A stretch of 64,000 nt of DNA from Treponemataceae bacterium. Lineage in GTDB: Bacteria; Spirochaetota; Spirochaetia; Treponematales; Rectinemataceae. Shown here piece after piece: positions 47,834 to 57,409 of this stretch. The notes beneath the pieces are model-generated. The model saw nothing but the letters and a program-made list of their open reading frames with translations. It searched no databases and had not been told where the DNA came from. Location of the stretch: positions 1,408,001 through 1,472,000 of the forward strand of contig CAXXHO010000003.1 in the NCBI GenBank assembly GCA_963667725.2, given 5' to 3'. Every line of letters begins with the position of its first letter. Position 1 is the stretch's first letter. Both the position numbers and the translations under genes were made by a program.

Positions 47834-48622
47834 TTAGAAACTGTTCCGCGAAAGCGGCTTCCCGATATAAACGCCTTCCCCGCCGAGATACTCCTTCAGT
47901 TTTCCCTCCACGAGAATCTGAACATCCTGAACCGAAGGAAAGGAGGTGGCCGTATAGACGATCTGCCTCAACTGGGCTGAAAAGCCCTCGACACCATAAT
48001 GATTGTACATGAATGGCTCGCTCAGATCGATGATGGCCGTGCTGCCTCGAAGCGTTATGCCTAGAAGTTTCGTGCCACGAGGGATCAGGGAAACCAGACC
48101 GCTCCGTATCTCCCCCTCGCTTGGTCCCGAAATGAGGGCGTTGATCGCGTCGGTAAGGGGCGAATCGCTCGCGGGAATGCTCCGCTTGACTTCATGACGT
48201 GAAATCACGCCATCGTCTTCGATTTTAACGAAGAAAAGCCTGGCTTGGCGAATCTGGCTCTCGGGAACCGTACTTGCGGTGGAAGGAGATGGTTTTTCCG
48301 TTTTGGTGACAGGGGTGTCAGTAACAGGGACACTAGTGACGGGAACGCTGGTAACAGCGATGCTTGTGACAGGGACATTTGGCACGGCGATGGGGCCTAG
48401 CGTCGAAGCAGGCGCTGGAGCCTCGGTTTCCCGATCCTTCGCCGGAGGCGTCGTCGTGGTCACCCTCTGCTTTACGAGGTTAAGGAAATTGGTGCTATCG
48501 AGCGTCGCCTTGATATCGGGGAATTTCACCGCGAAGATGACGACAAGTATGATAATTCCCGCCAAAAGTATGAGGCAGCCGATATTCGAACCGCGGGAAG
48601 ATTTCTTTTTTCTCGATGCCAT
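47834..48622 (-). CDS. GerMN-domain membrane-anchored protein
   Basis: N-terminal TM, Pro/Val/Thr linker, then ALISGPS.E...SLIPRGTKLL, IDLS, QIVYTAT, VQILVEG. Confidence 0.85.
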   Translation of the reverse strand: MASRKKKSSRGSNIGCLILLAGIIILVVIFAVKFPDIKATLDSTNFLNLVKQRVTTTTPPAKDRETEAPAPASTLGPIAVPNVPVTSIAVTSVPVTSVPVTDTPVTKTEKPSPSTASTVPESQIRQARLFFVKIEDDGVISRHEVKRSIPASDSPLTDAINALISGPSEGEIRSGLVSLIPRGTKLLGITLRGSTAIIDLSEPFMYNHYGVEGFSAQLRQIVYTATSFPSVQDVQILVEGKLKEYLGGEGVYIGKPLSRNSF

Positions 48623-48634
48623 GGTTAAAAAATA

Positions 48635-49744
48635 CTAGTGCCGGGAGGCTGAATGGTCAAGATGGAAGGGATGAACCCTATCAGCTAACGTCATTCCCCC
48701 TCCCCCGTCCGCGATTTCATACAGAGAAAATCCCGATGAAACGCCCTCCGCGCCATTCTCGATCCAGGCGATTTGCCTGCGTTCGACGTTATGGATCTGA
48801 ACGAGGCGTCCTCCGGCCCGCAGGGCATAAGCCCCCTGAACCGGACGATGGCCGGAAATCCAGAGACTTCGACGATCTTCAATCGAGATCCCGAGCAGAA
48901 CCTTTAGACTCTCGTTCACCGCGTTTTCCTCGGCCTGGCCGTTCCCTGTCCAGATGAGCGCCTTGACGACATCGGCCCGCGCCCGATAGTCCAGCAAGTC
49001 GGCTTCGCGGAGCGGGAAAGCCGGTTCGGCGTGGCTTGCGCAGAACCAATTCCCGACGGCGACGAGGGGGAGGAGGAGCTCGTAGCGCCTTATCGTCTTC
49101 ATCAAGGCTTCGCCGTAACGCAGCCGGAACCACTCGGCGCCCATGGCTCCCTCGAGAGCGTACTTGAAGAAAGGAAAATCGCCATTCGTGCCCGAATTGC
49201 CTATATTGTCGTGATTTCCCTTGAGGCAGTGAAAATTTCCGCCGAAACGCGCTTTCAGCATCATGACAAGACAGAGAGCGCCGAGGGAAGCGGCCATTTC
49301 CTCATCCATCTCGGGGCTCAGAATTCCGCCCAACCCCTGGCCCGATTCAAGGCTTTTGGCCGCTCCGCCCCACCTTTCCGCGCCCAGGCGGCCTTCGCTG
49401 TGGAGGATGTCGCCCAGGCAGACGAGGGTGAGCCTGCCATCCAGTATCAGATCGACGAGGCGAGTCCTGGAATCGACGGGCGAAAAAGAGCGGAGGAGAT
49501 CGGCAAGCAGGCTGGATCGGGCATGGAGGTCGGGCACGACGGCGACATAGGGACTCGCGACGCGGACGAAACCGCCGGGTTCCTCCGAGGAAGAGAGAGG
49601 GCGGATTTCCGGGAGCTCTGAGGAAAGGGCGAGAATGGCGGCTTCCGAGAATTCAGCGAGCCTTGCCGGTTCGGGAAATTCACGCCGGCTGGCCAGGGAA
49701 TGCGCGAGTTGCAGAATATCGCCCGCCGCGGATACTGCGCTCAT
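48635..49744 (-). CDS. Calcineurin-like metallophosphoesterase
   Basis: PDLH, LGDILH, KGNHD, SHA and SGH motifs. Start placed at ATG 49744 behind GGAGGG. Confidence 0.8.
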   Translation of the reverse strand: MSAVSAAGDILQLAHSLASRREFPEPARLAEFSEAAILALSSELPEIRPLSSSEEPGGFVRVASPYVAVVPDLHARSSLLADLLRSFSPVDSRTRLVDLILDGRLTLVCLGDILHSEGRLGAERWGGAAKSLESGQGLGGILSPEMDEEMAASLGALCLVMMLKARFGGNFHCLKGNHDNIGNSGTNGDFPFFKYALEGAMGAEWFRLRYGEALMKTIRRYELLLPLVAVGNWFCASHAEPAFPLREADLLDYRARADVVKALIWTGNGQAEENAVNESLKVLLGISIEDRRSLWISGHRPVQGAYALRAGGRLVQIHNVERRQIAWIENGAEGVSSGFSLYEIADGGGGMTLADRVHPFHLDHSASRH

Positions 49745-49772
49745 CGCGCTCCCTCCTCGAAATCCTGCGATC

Positions 49773-51059
49773 CTAGCCTTCGCTCTCCGTTTTCCTGATC
49801 CAATCCTGGGCCAGGGCGTCATCGGGATCGATGACGAGGGCGCTCTTGAAAAATCCTATGGCTTCGCCCTTTTTTCCCATTCTGTGGGAGAGCGCGCCGA
49901 GATTTACGATTATCTTGACGTTCTCGGGTTCCAGGCGCAGAGCCCTTTCTAGGCTCGCGCGGGCACCCGGGAGATCGTCAAGCTCGATCTGGCAGAGCGC
50001 CATCTCGTTGAAGGTATCGGTTTCCTGGGAACCGAGGCTTATCGCCTTCGCGAAGGCTTTCTCTCCTTCCTTCCAGTTGCCCAGCCTTCTGTTAGCCCAT
50101 CCAACAAGGAACCAGCCATTCCATACGTTCGGATATCGCCGCACGAATTCCCTTGCCCTGTCTAGCCCCTTTTCCTCCTCACCCATCTGGATGAAGTCGT
50201 AGGCTTCCTTGAAGGTAGTGTCCAGATATCCCAGCTCCTCGAGTTTTTTCAGGATATCTTTCGCGCGCTGGACTTTCCCTTCGTCGTCGCTCAGGCCGAT
50301 GAAACTGGTAAAAAGGGAGACGGCGCGGTCAAAGGATCTCTTGCGGACGAAAAAGAAGGCCGCGTGGTAATAGGCGGGCGCGAAAGGCGGTTCCATGGCT
50401 AAAAGCTTCCTGTAGCATTCGTAGGCGAGGTCGTCCTCTTCGTCGGCCTTGTCCTCCTGCGATTCCTCCCTGAAAAGCTTGGCGTGTTCCTCACGCAGAA
50501 GGGCGAGATCGAGAAGGGGTTCGGGAACTTCCGGATAGAGCCCCACGAGGGCGAGGAAGATTTCTTCGGCGATATCCCATTCCTTGGACTGGGCCTTGGC
50601 TATGCCGGCGTCCGACAGCTCGGCAAGCAGGCCGGGCCTGATGGATTTCACGAGATCGCGGTATTGTGGAGCGGCTTTGTTCTCCGGCTGCCAGGCGAGC
50701 ACCCGCAGGATGCCGGCGATGATGCTTTCGACGTTCACCATGGAGGCGTCGAAACGGACGATGGGTCCGGCGGTCTGCACAGGGATGGTCGTTCCGGGGC
50801 CGATTCCCGCCAGGCCAAGGGCCTCGAGAGCCTGAGGAGGCAACTGGACGAAGACGACCGAAGCGAGGGCCTTCTCGGCCCTTTCCTTGAGAAGCTCAGC
50901 GTGGGCGCCGGCGCCCGCCCGCCCCTCCCCCGCGCCCCATGCCCCGCCATCGGGCGCCGGCGGCGCCTTGCGCCCCTCGCCCTTCGCCGTATCGGATTTA
51001 GTTTTGTTCAGTCGTAGAGGCGGCTTCGAGCCCGGCTCCCTGCGCGTGGATTCCTTCAT
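49773..51059 (-). CDS. Tetratricopeptide-repeat protein
   Basis: C-terminal TPR-like helices (WFLVGWANRRLG, LERALRLEPEN, FKSALVIDPDD). Confidence 0.85.
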   Translation of the reverse strand: MKESTRREPGSKPPLRLNKTKSDTAKGEGRKAPPAPDGGAWGAGEGRAGAGAHAELLKERAEKALASVVFVQLPPQALEALGLAGIGPGTTIPVQTAGPIVRFDASMVNVESIIAGILRVLAWQPENKAAPQYRDLVKSIRPGLLAELSDAGIAKAQSKEWDIAEEIFLALVGLYPEVPEPLLDLALLREEHAKLFREESQEDKADEEDDLAYECYRKLLAMEPPFAPAYYHAAFFFVRKRSFDRAVSLFTSFIGLSDDEGKVQRAKDILKKLEELGYLDTTFKEAYDFIQMGEEEKGLDRAREFVRRYPNVWNGWFLVGWANRRLGNWKEGEKAFAKAISLGSQETDTFNEMALCQIELDDLPGARASLERALRLEPENVKIIVNLGALSHRMGKKGEAIGFFKSALVIDPDDALAQDWIRKTESEG

Positions 51060-51835
51060 TTACCTTCCTTCCATGGGAAAATCATTCCCTTCAGCGTTCG
51101 CTCGCCCACCAGTTCCTTCTCCTCCTGGAGGAGCTCTTCCCAGGGAACATGCTTTCTATCGGCCTGCGGATTCCGCTCCAGCCATTCGTACTTCATCATC
51201 CGGAGCTTCACGGCATCGGCCGAAGCCAGGGCCAGGCCCGCCATGCCCGGCGCCATGAAGGCCGTGAGCACGGAGACAATCAAGGTAACGACATTATAGA
51301 GAAAAAGGAAAACCGTGAAGCCGAGATTGTCCATCATGAGGATGAGCGCGACCTTAACGTTCTTCCTGAATCCCCCACCCCTGCGAACCAGGAGCGGAAG
51401 ATAATACTGCGACGCGAGAAGGGCAACGAGACAGGTCCAGAAAAGGAGGCTGGCCAGGAAAAGCCCCAGGAAGCCCTTCTGGGCGAGATAGAAAGGTATG
51501 CCCACCGTAAAAGAGAAAAACAGCGCCAGATTGAGGAGGCCGACGACGAGTCCCGATTTCCAGGATTTCCCGAAAAAGGCGAAGGTGGACTTGAATCCGG
51601 GAGACCTGTAATTCGAAACGCCGTCCATCGCGAAGGCCGAAACCGCCTGCCACTGCGATATGGCGAGAATGCCCAGAACGAGAAAGGCGATGGAGAGCGC
51701 GTCCCCGATTCCCAGGGAAAGCGGGAGCGCCATAAAGAGCATCGCCAGCGCGAGGTAGACGATGTTGAAGGCCGCCAGGGAGAAGAGATTGTCCCAGCCG
51801 TCGAAAAACGCTTTTTTGATGAAGAAACCAATCAT
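51056..51835 (-). CDS. Conserved hypothetical membrane protein
   Basis: 259-aa ORF with about 5-6 TM segments; its stop overlaps the TPR gene start. Confidence 0.75.
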   Translation of the reverse strand: MIGFFIKKAFFDGWDNLFSLAAFNIVYLALAMLFMALPLSLGIGDALSIAFLVLGILAISQWQAVSAFAMDGVSNYRSPGFKSTFAFFGKSWKSGLVVGLLNLALFFSFTVGIPFYLAQKGFLGLFLASLLFWTCLVALLASQYYLPLLVRRGGGFRKNVKVALILMMDNLGFTVFLFLYNVVTLIVSVLTAFMAPGMAGLALASADAVKLRMMKYEWLERNPQADRKHVPWEELLQEEKELVGERTLKGMIFPWKEGK

Positions 51836-51983
51836 ATAGTGTCTATACTACCTTCTTGACCTTTGGGCAAGTAGATTAGTATTGTAGGTCTTGGATACGT
51901 CGCCGGACCCCGGTCTGACGCTCCGCCCGCCGATATTTCCTGGTTCGGCAGGGTCCAAACACACAGGTGAAAGGGGTACGGCA

Positions 51984-53162
51984 ATGAAAGATCAGTACCA
52001 CTTCCCGCTCGAGAACTTCATCACGAAGGAACGCTTCGAGCGCATCAAGGCCTTTGCGGGAGACAAGGAAACCCCTTGCCTCATCATCGATCTGGACATC
52101 ATCAAGAAGAATTACGAAGATCTCCGGAGATTTCTTCCCTTCGCGAAAATATTCTACGCGGTCAAAGCCAATCCGGATGACGCCGTGGTCGCACTCCTCC
52201 GCGATCTGGGCTCGAGTTTCGACGTGGCTACCCGCTACGAGCTCGACCAGCTCCTGCGCCTCGGCGTAGAACCCGACAGGATGAGTTTCGGCAACACGAT
52301 CAAGAAAGAGAAAGACATAGCCTATTTCTACGAAAAGGGCGTCCGGCTCTTCGCCACCGACTCGATAACCGACGTGGACAAGATCGCCAGGGCGGCTCCC
52401 GGCTCCAAGGTCTTCTTCAGGCTGCTCACCGAGGGCCTGGGCGCGGACTGGCCCCTCTCCAAGAAGTTCGGCTCCCATCCCGACCTCGCGCGACAGCTTA
52501 TCAAGACGGCCGTGCGCTTCGGCCTCCAGCCCTACGGCATCTCCTTCCATCCCGGCAGCCAGCAGCGCGACGTGGGCCAGTGGTCCACGGCGCTGACCAC
52601 GGTATCCCAGCTTTTCACCTGGGCGCGCGACGATCTGAAGGTCAACCTCAAGATGATCAACATGGGCGGCGGATTCCCGGCTAACTACGTGGAGCCGACG
52701 GATTCCCTCGGCCAGTACGCCGACGACATCAAGCGCTTTCTCGACAACTCCTTCAAGAACGACTGGCCCGAGGAGATCATCATCGAACCCGGCCGCTCCA
52801 TGGCGGGCGATTCGGGCGTCATCGTCTCGGAAATCATCAATATCGCGAAAAAGTCGGTGCACGAGCGCTACCCCTGGGTTTTCCTCGACATCGGCAAGTT
52901 CGGCGGATTGATCGAGACGCTGGACGAGGCCATCAAGTATCCCATCTATTTCGAGGGCGAAGGCACGGCGGTGGACGTCATCCTGGCCGGCCCCACCTGC
53001 GACTCAATGGATATTCTCTATGAGAAGACGCAGTACATGATGCCCGATCAGGCGCGTATCGGCGACAGGGTGTACATTCTCACGACAGGGGCCTACACGC
53101 AGAGTTATTCTTCCGTTTATTTCAACGGCTTTCCGCCCCTCAAGTCATATATTCTGAAGTGA
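51984..53162 (+). CDS. Fold-type III PLP-dependent ornithine/lysine decarboxylase
   Basis: FYAVKAN (PLP Lys), KFG, SFHPGSQ, NMGGGF, IEPGR, AGPTCDSMD, GAYT. Confidence 0.92.
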   Translation: MKDQYHFPLENFITKERFERIKAFAGDKETPCLIIDLDIIKKNYEDLRRFLPFAKIFYAVKANPDDAVVALLRDLGSSFDVATRYELDQLLRLGVEPDRMSFGNTIKKEKDIAYFYEKGVRLFATDSITDVDKIARAAPGSKVFFRLLTEGLGADWPLSKKFGSHPDLARQLIKTAVRFGLQPYGISFHPGSQQRDVGQWSTALTTVSQLFTWARDDLKVNLKMINMGGGFPANYVEPTDSLGQYADDIKRFLDNSFKNDWPEEIIIEPGRSMAGDSGVIVSEIINIAKKSVHERYPWVFLDIGKFGGLIETLDEAIKYPIYFEGEGTAVDVILAGPTCDSMDILYEKTQYMMPDQARIGDRVYILTTGAYTQSYSSVYFNGFPPLKSYILK

Positions 53163-53195
53163 GAGGCAGCCCGCGCCGAAAGCCATGAGAACGAA

Positions 53196-54335
53196 ATGAA
53201 GAAACTATCCAGAGAGGCTAAAAGCGGCGCGGACCGGAGGACATGGGCGCGATGGCGGTCGCTGGCGACCGCCGCCCTGAGCCTCCTGACCATCGCCGCG
53301 GTCGTTTTCCTGGTCGTTAGCGCCTTTTCAGGCAGTCCCAATAACGTTCTCCTGCAGGCACAGGAAAATCCCACGCTTGAAATCCAGGCCCCATTAAAAC
53401 CGGCTCCCCTAAAGCAGGATACTCTGAAGGCCGCGCCGGCCGCGCCAGCCGTGAAAGAAGCCCCTGCTCCCGGCACCGTCGGCACCGTCGGCGCCCTCGG
53501 CGCGGCCGACCCAAGCCTGCGCGTCGCTACCTGGAACGTCCGCGACTGCGCCGCCATGGACGCCGCCTCCAACTCCCGCGTCGCCCTCCATGACTTTGTG
53601 GCGCGGTCTATAAAAGCCGCGCGCGCCGACATCATCGTCCTCGAGGAAATACAATCGGATGAAAGCAAGGGCGGCGACATAGCCCTCCTCTCCGTGGCCC
53701 TCGCCCGCGAAGGCTGGGCCATGCCCTTCGTGGCCGTCGTCAACGCGAGGGGCGAGGACGACCTCGCCATTTTTTCCCGCTACAGGATAGCCGATTACGG
53801 ACCTGTCCTCGAACCCGCGAAGACCGATCCATGGCCGCGCCCGGGCATCCGCGCGTCTATTCAGGCAGGCTCAGGTTCCCTGGACCTTTACGGATTCCAT
53901 TTCAAGGCCATGGGCGACGAAAAATCAGAAAGAGCGAGACGAGCCCAGGCCGAAGCCCTGGGCCTTCACCTTCTGGCCGCCTACGGCGAGGGGCTGACTT
54001 CCCGGGCTATCGTGCTCGCCGGTGATTTCAACACGGCCAATGATTCCGATTTCCTTACCAAGGCTTCGACGATGAGCGCGCTCAGACTGGCAGACGACGC
54101 GGACAAGTCCAACGATTTCCTCGACACGAACTACAGCTACCGCCAGGGCGAACCGACCTTCGTCGATTCCAGGTATTCGAGCATACTGGACCATGTCCTG
54201 ATTTCGCCGACCCTCGCCGCGGGCTTCGACAAGAAAAAGGTGGAAGTGCTGACGCCATCGCCGGGGCCGGGCAGGATCCCGACCTCAGACCACAACATGG
54301 TCCTCGTCGAAATCTCCCTGCCCCGGGACAACTGA
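53196..54335 (+). CDS. Membrane-anchored endonuclease/exonuclease/phosphatase (EEP) family protein
   Basis: N-terminal TM, Ala/Pro linker, ATWNV, LEEI, AGDFN, LDHV and SDH motifs. Confidence 0.85.
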   Translation: MKKLSREAKSGADRRTWARWRSLATAALSLLTIAAVVFLVVSAFSGSPNNVLLQAQENPTLEIQAPLKPAPLKQDTLKAAPAAPAVKEAPAPGTVGTVGALGAADPSLRVATWNVRDCAAMDAASNSRVALHDFVARSIKAARADIIVLEEIQSDESKGGDIALLSVALAREGWAMPFVAVVNARGEDDLAIFSRYRIADYGPVLEPAKTDPWPRPGIRASIQAGSGSLDLYGFHFKAMGDEKSERARRAQAEALGLHLLAAYGEGLTSRAIVLAGDFNTANDSDFLTKASTMSALRLADDADKSNDFLDTNYSYRQGEPTFVDSRYSSILDHVLISPTLAAGFDKKKVEVLTPSPGPGRIPTSDHNMVLVEISLPRDN

Positions 54336-54344
54336 GAAAAATCC

Positions 54345-55640
54345 TTATTTGACTAAAGCGACCGCCGTGGCGTAGATGGCGTCCAGAAGCGGGCCCACCT
54401 GTTCCTCCTCCACGCTCGAGAAGGCTACGCGCAGGTATTTGTCCTGCATAGAAATGGTGCCGATGCCCAATTTTTCGAGAAGGTCCACCCTCAGCTTTTC
54501 AGCGGAAATGCCCTTGCAGAGGAAACTCATGAAATAGCCTGAGTTGAAGGGAAGCGGCGCGATGCAGGCAGGCGCCGCGTGCGACGCGAAGTATTTCTTC
54601 ATCGCTTTATAGCGGCCTTCGAGAATTTCCCTGTAGCGAGCCTTCTGGTCCTCGTAGCCGGGGAACTGGAGCGCCTTGAGCAGCAGGTTCTGGGCAAGTC
54701 CGCTCGAGCTCGACACCGAAGATCTGATGATGCCCAAAAGCTTCTTCACGAGGGCATCCTGCTGGGCTTCGGTAAGTCCCTTGCCGCCGAAGCTGACGAA
54801 GCCGACCCTGAATCCCCAGACATAGTCTTCCTTGGTGGGACCGTCGGCCTTTACCGCGAGGATGTTCTCGTGGGCATCGACGAGGCGCGCGAAGATGGAT
54901 TCGCGCAGGAGGTTTTCCTCGTACTGGAGACCGAAATACGCGTCGTCGGCGATGACGAGAAGGTCTGTCCCTTCCTTGGCGATGGAAACAAGCAGCCTGA
55001 CGATGGCGTCGGCTTCCTTCAGCGTCAGGGAATAGCCCGTAGGATTGTTGGGGAAATTGAGTACGCAGACGGCCTTTCCCCTGCGCGCGCCCGCGTCCCG
55101 CAAGCCCGCTTCCAGGCCTGCGATATTGTATCCGCCCTCGGCGAAAATCGGGAAGGTGAGCCCGGCGGCCATCTTCCTCTCCTCGATGATGAGCCTGTAG
55201 TTCGGCCAGTGGAGGTCGGGCACGACGACCGTGTCGCCCGGTTCGATGAACATATCGCTCAGGTAGGAGACCGCTGCGGTGAGTCCGGGAACGACGACGG
55301 GCAAGGAAAAGGATTTGCCTTCGAGGGAGGGATTTTTCTTGACCATGGCCGCTTTCCATTCATGGCGCAGGGCCATCACCCCGCCCGTGGACGCGTAGGC
55401 GACGGCCTCGTTGGGCGTGAGCGTGGGAAGCGCCTCGCGGAGGGCGTCGAGCATCATGGGTTCGCCCAGTTCATAGGCCATGCCGATGGTGGCGTTATAG
55501 CGATGGGCTTTGGAGGTGGCTTCCGCGCTTTGCGTGAGGATTCCCTTGGGGAAATACATGCGGCGCCCCATTTCCGATAAAAGGCGGCTCGCCGCGGTAT
55601 TGGCAAGGACGGCGTTGAGCTCTTCGGCCAGTTGATTCAT
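54345..55640 (-). CDS. PLP-dependent aminotransferase class I/II
   Basis: NATIG, LNFPNNPTGY, DDAYFG, DGPTKE..WGFRVG, LRVAFS. Confidence 0.9.
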   Translation of the reverse strand: MNQLAEELNAVLANTAASRLLSEMGRRMYFPKGILTQSAEATSKAHRYNATIGMAYELGEPMMLDALREALPTLTPNEAVAYASTGGVMALRHEWKAAMVKKNPSLEGKSFSLPVVVPGLTAAVSYLSDMFIEPGDTVVVPDLHWPNYRLIIEERKMAAGLTFPIFAEGGYNIAGLEAGLRDAGARRGKAVCVLNFPNNPTGYSLTLKEADAIVRLLVSIAKEGTDLLVIADDAYFGLQYEENLLRESIFARLVDAHENILAVKADGPTKEDYVWGFRVGFVSFGGKGLTEAQQDALVKKLLGIIRSSVSSSSGLAQNLLLKALQFPGYEDQKARYREILEGRYKAMKKYFASHAAPACIAPLPFNSGYFMSFLCKGISAEKLRVDLLEKLGIGTISMQDKYLRVAFSSVEEEQVGPLLDAIYATAVALVK

Positions 55641-55939
55641 CGTACGCTCCTGAGTCCGCGGAATCGGCTCCGATCCACGGAGATGATGGTAAAAGATTAT
55701 GGGGCTTTCGGCCGTCTGTCAAGGAAGCCGGCCGATTTTTACCGCGTTCCGGACCGCGCGCCGGCCCCCAAAGACCTTTGACGGCCGAGCCTCAAAAAGT
55801 CATTTTCATTTAGTAATCGCTATATATAGTACTTGTCATTATAGACGGATACTTGCTATTATAATCGTGGATTTTATATCGATTGCATTAGAGCTGCCCT
55901 ATATAGTGGCAAGCATATTATTGTTGTTGGAGGGTCATT

Positions 55940-56752
55940 ATGAAGAAATCGATACTGCTGATTCTCGCGCTCGCTCTCGTCGCGGGAACGGCTTTCGCCC
56001 AGGTCAATCTTTCCAAGGTAAAAGACGGCGTCTATTTCGCCCAGAGCAAGGAATTTTCCAGTTCCGGCTGGAAGGAACAAGTCATTCTCGAAGTAGCCAA
56101 CGGAAAAATAGTGGCCGCGACGTGGAATGGCGTTTCCAACATCGCGGGCGCCGCGGACAAGGCAGCCTATGCCGCGGCCGGCAAGTACGGCATGGTCAAG
56201 GCTTCCAAGATCAAGGCTGAATGGAACGTTCAGGCCAAAACCGTAGCCGATTATCTCGTGAAGACCCAGGACCTCAACCTCAAGGCCAATACGAGCGGCA
56301 AGACCGATGCCATCTCCGGCGCCACCATGACCGTTGCCGAATTCTTCGCTCTCGCCCAGCAGGCTCTCGCCTCCAGTCCCGTCGCCAAAGGTTCCTACAA
56401 GGACGGATGGTATTACGCCGAAGAAGCCGCCTTTAAGTCCGGCTGGAAGATCAGCGCCCTCGTCACCGTCGCGAACGGTTCCATCGTCGATGTCGTCCTC
56501 AACGGCGTCCCCCAGACCGCCGGCGCCAAATCCAAACTCGTGCAGAGCGTGGCCGGCACCTACAAGATGAACGCCAAGAACGGCGAGTACCATGTGCAGG
56601 CCACCCGCGTCGAGGAAGCCATCATCAAGGCAGGCGATCCTTCCAAGATCGCGATCAACGCCAAAGGCAAGGCCGACGCCATCTCCGGCGTTTCGATTTC
56701 CGTCAAGACCGAGATCGCCCTCGTTCTCGAGGCGCTCAAAGCGGCGAAGTAA
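55940..56752 (+). CDS. Exported protein with two FMN-binding (flavinylation) domains
   Basis: GGAGG RBS, signal peptide, and two homologous domains (KDGVYFA / KDGWYYA) ending TDAISGAT and ADAISGVS. Confidence 0.85.
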   Translation: MKKSILLILALALVAGTAFAQVNLSKVKDGVYFAQSKEFSSSGWKEQVILEVANGKIVAATWNGVSNIAGAADKAAYAAAGKYGMVKASKIKAEWNVQAKTVADYLVKTQDLNLKANTSGKTDAISGATMTVAEFFALAQQALASSPVAKGSYKDGWYYAEEAAFKSGWKISALVTVANGSIVDVVLNGVPQTAGAKSKLVQSVAGTYKMNAKNGEYHVQATRVEEAIIKAGDPSKIAINAKGKADAISGVSISVKTEIALVLEALKAAK

Positions 56753-56770
56753 TTAACCTATACTGTTTCA

Positions 56771-56801
56771 GAAAAGCGGTCGGGAACGGCCGCTTTTTTT
56801 T
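56771..56801 (+). terminator. Intrinsic terminator after the FMN-binding protein gene
   Basis: AAAAGCGGTCG-ggaa-CGGCCGCTTTTTTTT. Confidence 0.85.
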
Positions 56802-56881
56802 ATCCTTTTCGGTTGACGAAGCGGCTCGCGAAAGGCGATCATCTTTCCATATGTCAGTTCTTACTTCGAGGAACAAATAAC

Positions 56882-57409
56882 ATGACTGATAAAGATGATC
56901 CGGATACTCCCGGCATGGCCGATGGTCCGGCGTATGTGGCGCCGAGCGCTTCCATAACCGGCGAAGTCACCCTCGGCAGGGATTCCTCGGTGTGGCACAA
57001 TGCCGTTCTCCGCGGCGACCTGGCCCCCATCAGGGTGGGCGAGCGTTCCAACATACAGGACGGCGCCGTGCTTCATGTCGCCACCGGCCTCCCCTGCCTT
57101 ATAGGCGACGACGTGACGATCGGCCATGGCGCCATCGTGCACGGCTGCAAGGTGGGAGACCGATGCCTCATCGGGATGGGTTCTATCATTCTCAACGGAG
57201 CCGAGATCGGCGATGAATGCATCGTCGCGGCGGGAGCCCTCGTCACAGAAGGCAAGAAGATTCCGCCGCGCAGCCTCGTCCTGGGCAGCCCGGCCAAGAT
57301 CGTCAGGGCGACGAGCGAGGAGGATATGGTGAAGATCCTCCATACGGCCGAAGCTTACCGCAGGCTGGCGAGTAAGGCGAGCACGGATTCCACGACTGAT
57401 CCCTGCTGA
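56882..57409 (+). CDS. Gamma-carbonic-anhydrase family hexapeptide-repeat protein
   Basis: AVLRGD, SNIQDGAVLH, TIGHGAIVHGC, LIGMGS, GSPAK. Confidence 0.92.
   Translation: MTDKDDPDTPGMADGPAYVAPSASITGEVTLGRDSSVWHNAVLRGDLAPIRVGERSNIQDGAVLHVATGLPCLIGDDVTIGHGAIVHGCKVGDRCLIGMGSIILNGAEIGDECIVAAGALVTEGKKIPPRSLVLGSPAKIVRATSEEDMVKILHTAEAYRRLASKASTDSTTDPC

Noticed and set aside
48300..48385. 15-bp imperfect repeats (VPVTS-type) in the GerMN gene
   Set aside because: These are amino-acid-level linker repeats with diverged codons, not a separate DNA element.
53471..53507. 9-bp tandem repeat CGGCACCGT in the EEP gene
   Set aside because: It is in-frame and low-copy, and encodes a flexible linker (GTVGTVGALGA). 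There is no sign of phase variation.
57355..57409. 55-bp 3' overlap of the convergent gamma-CA and alpha/beta hydrolase genes
   Set aside because: Tail-to-tail overlaps of this size are common and involve only non-conserved C-terminal tails.
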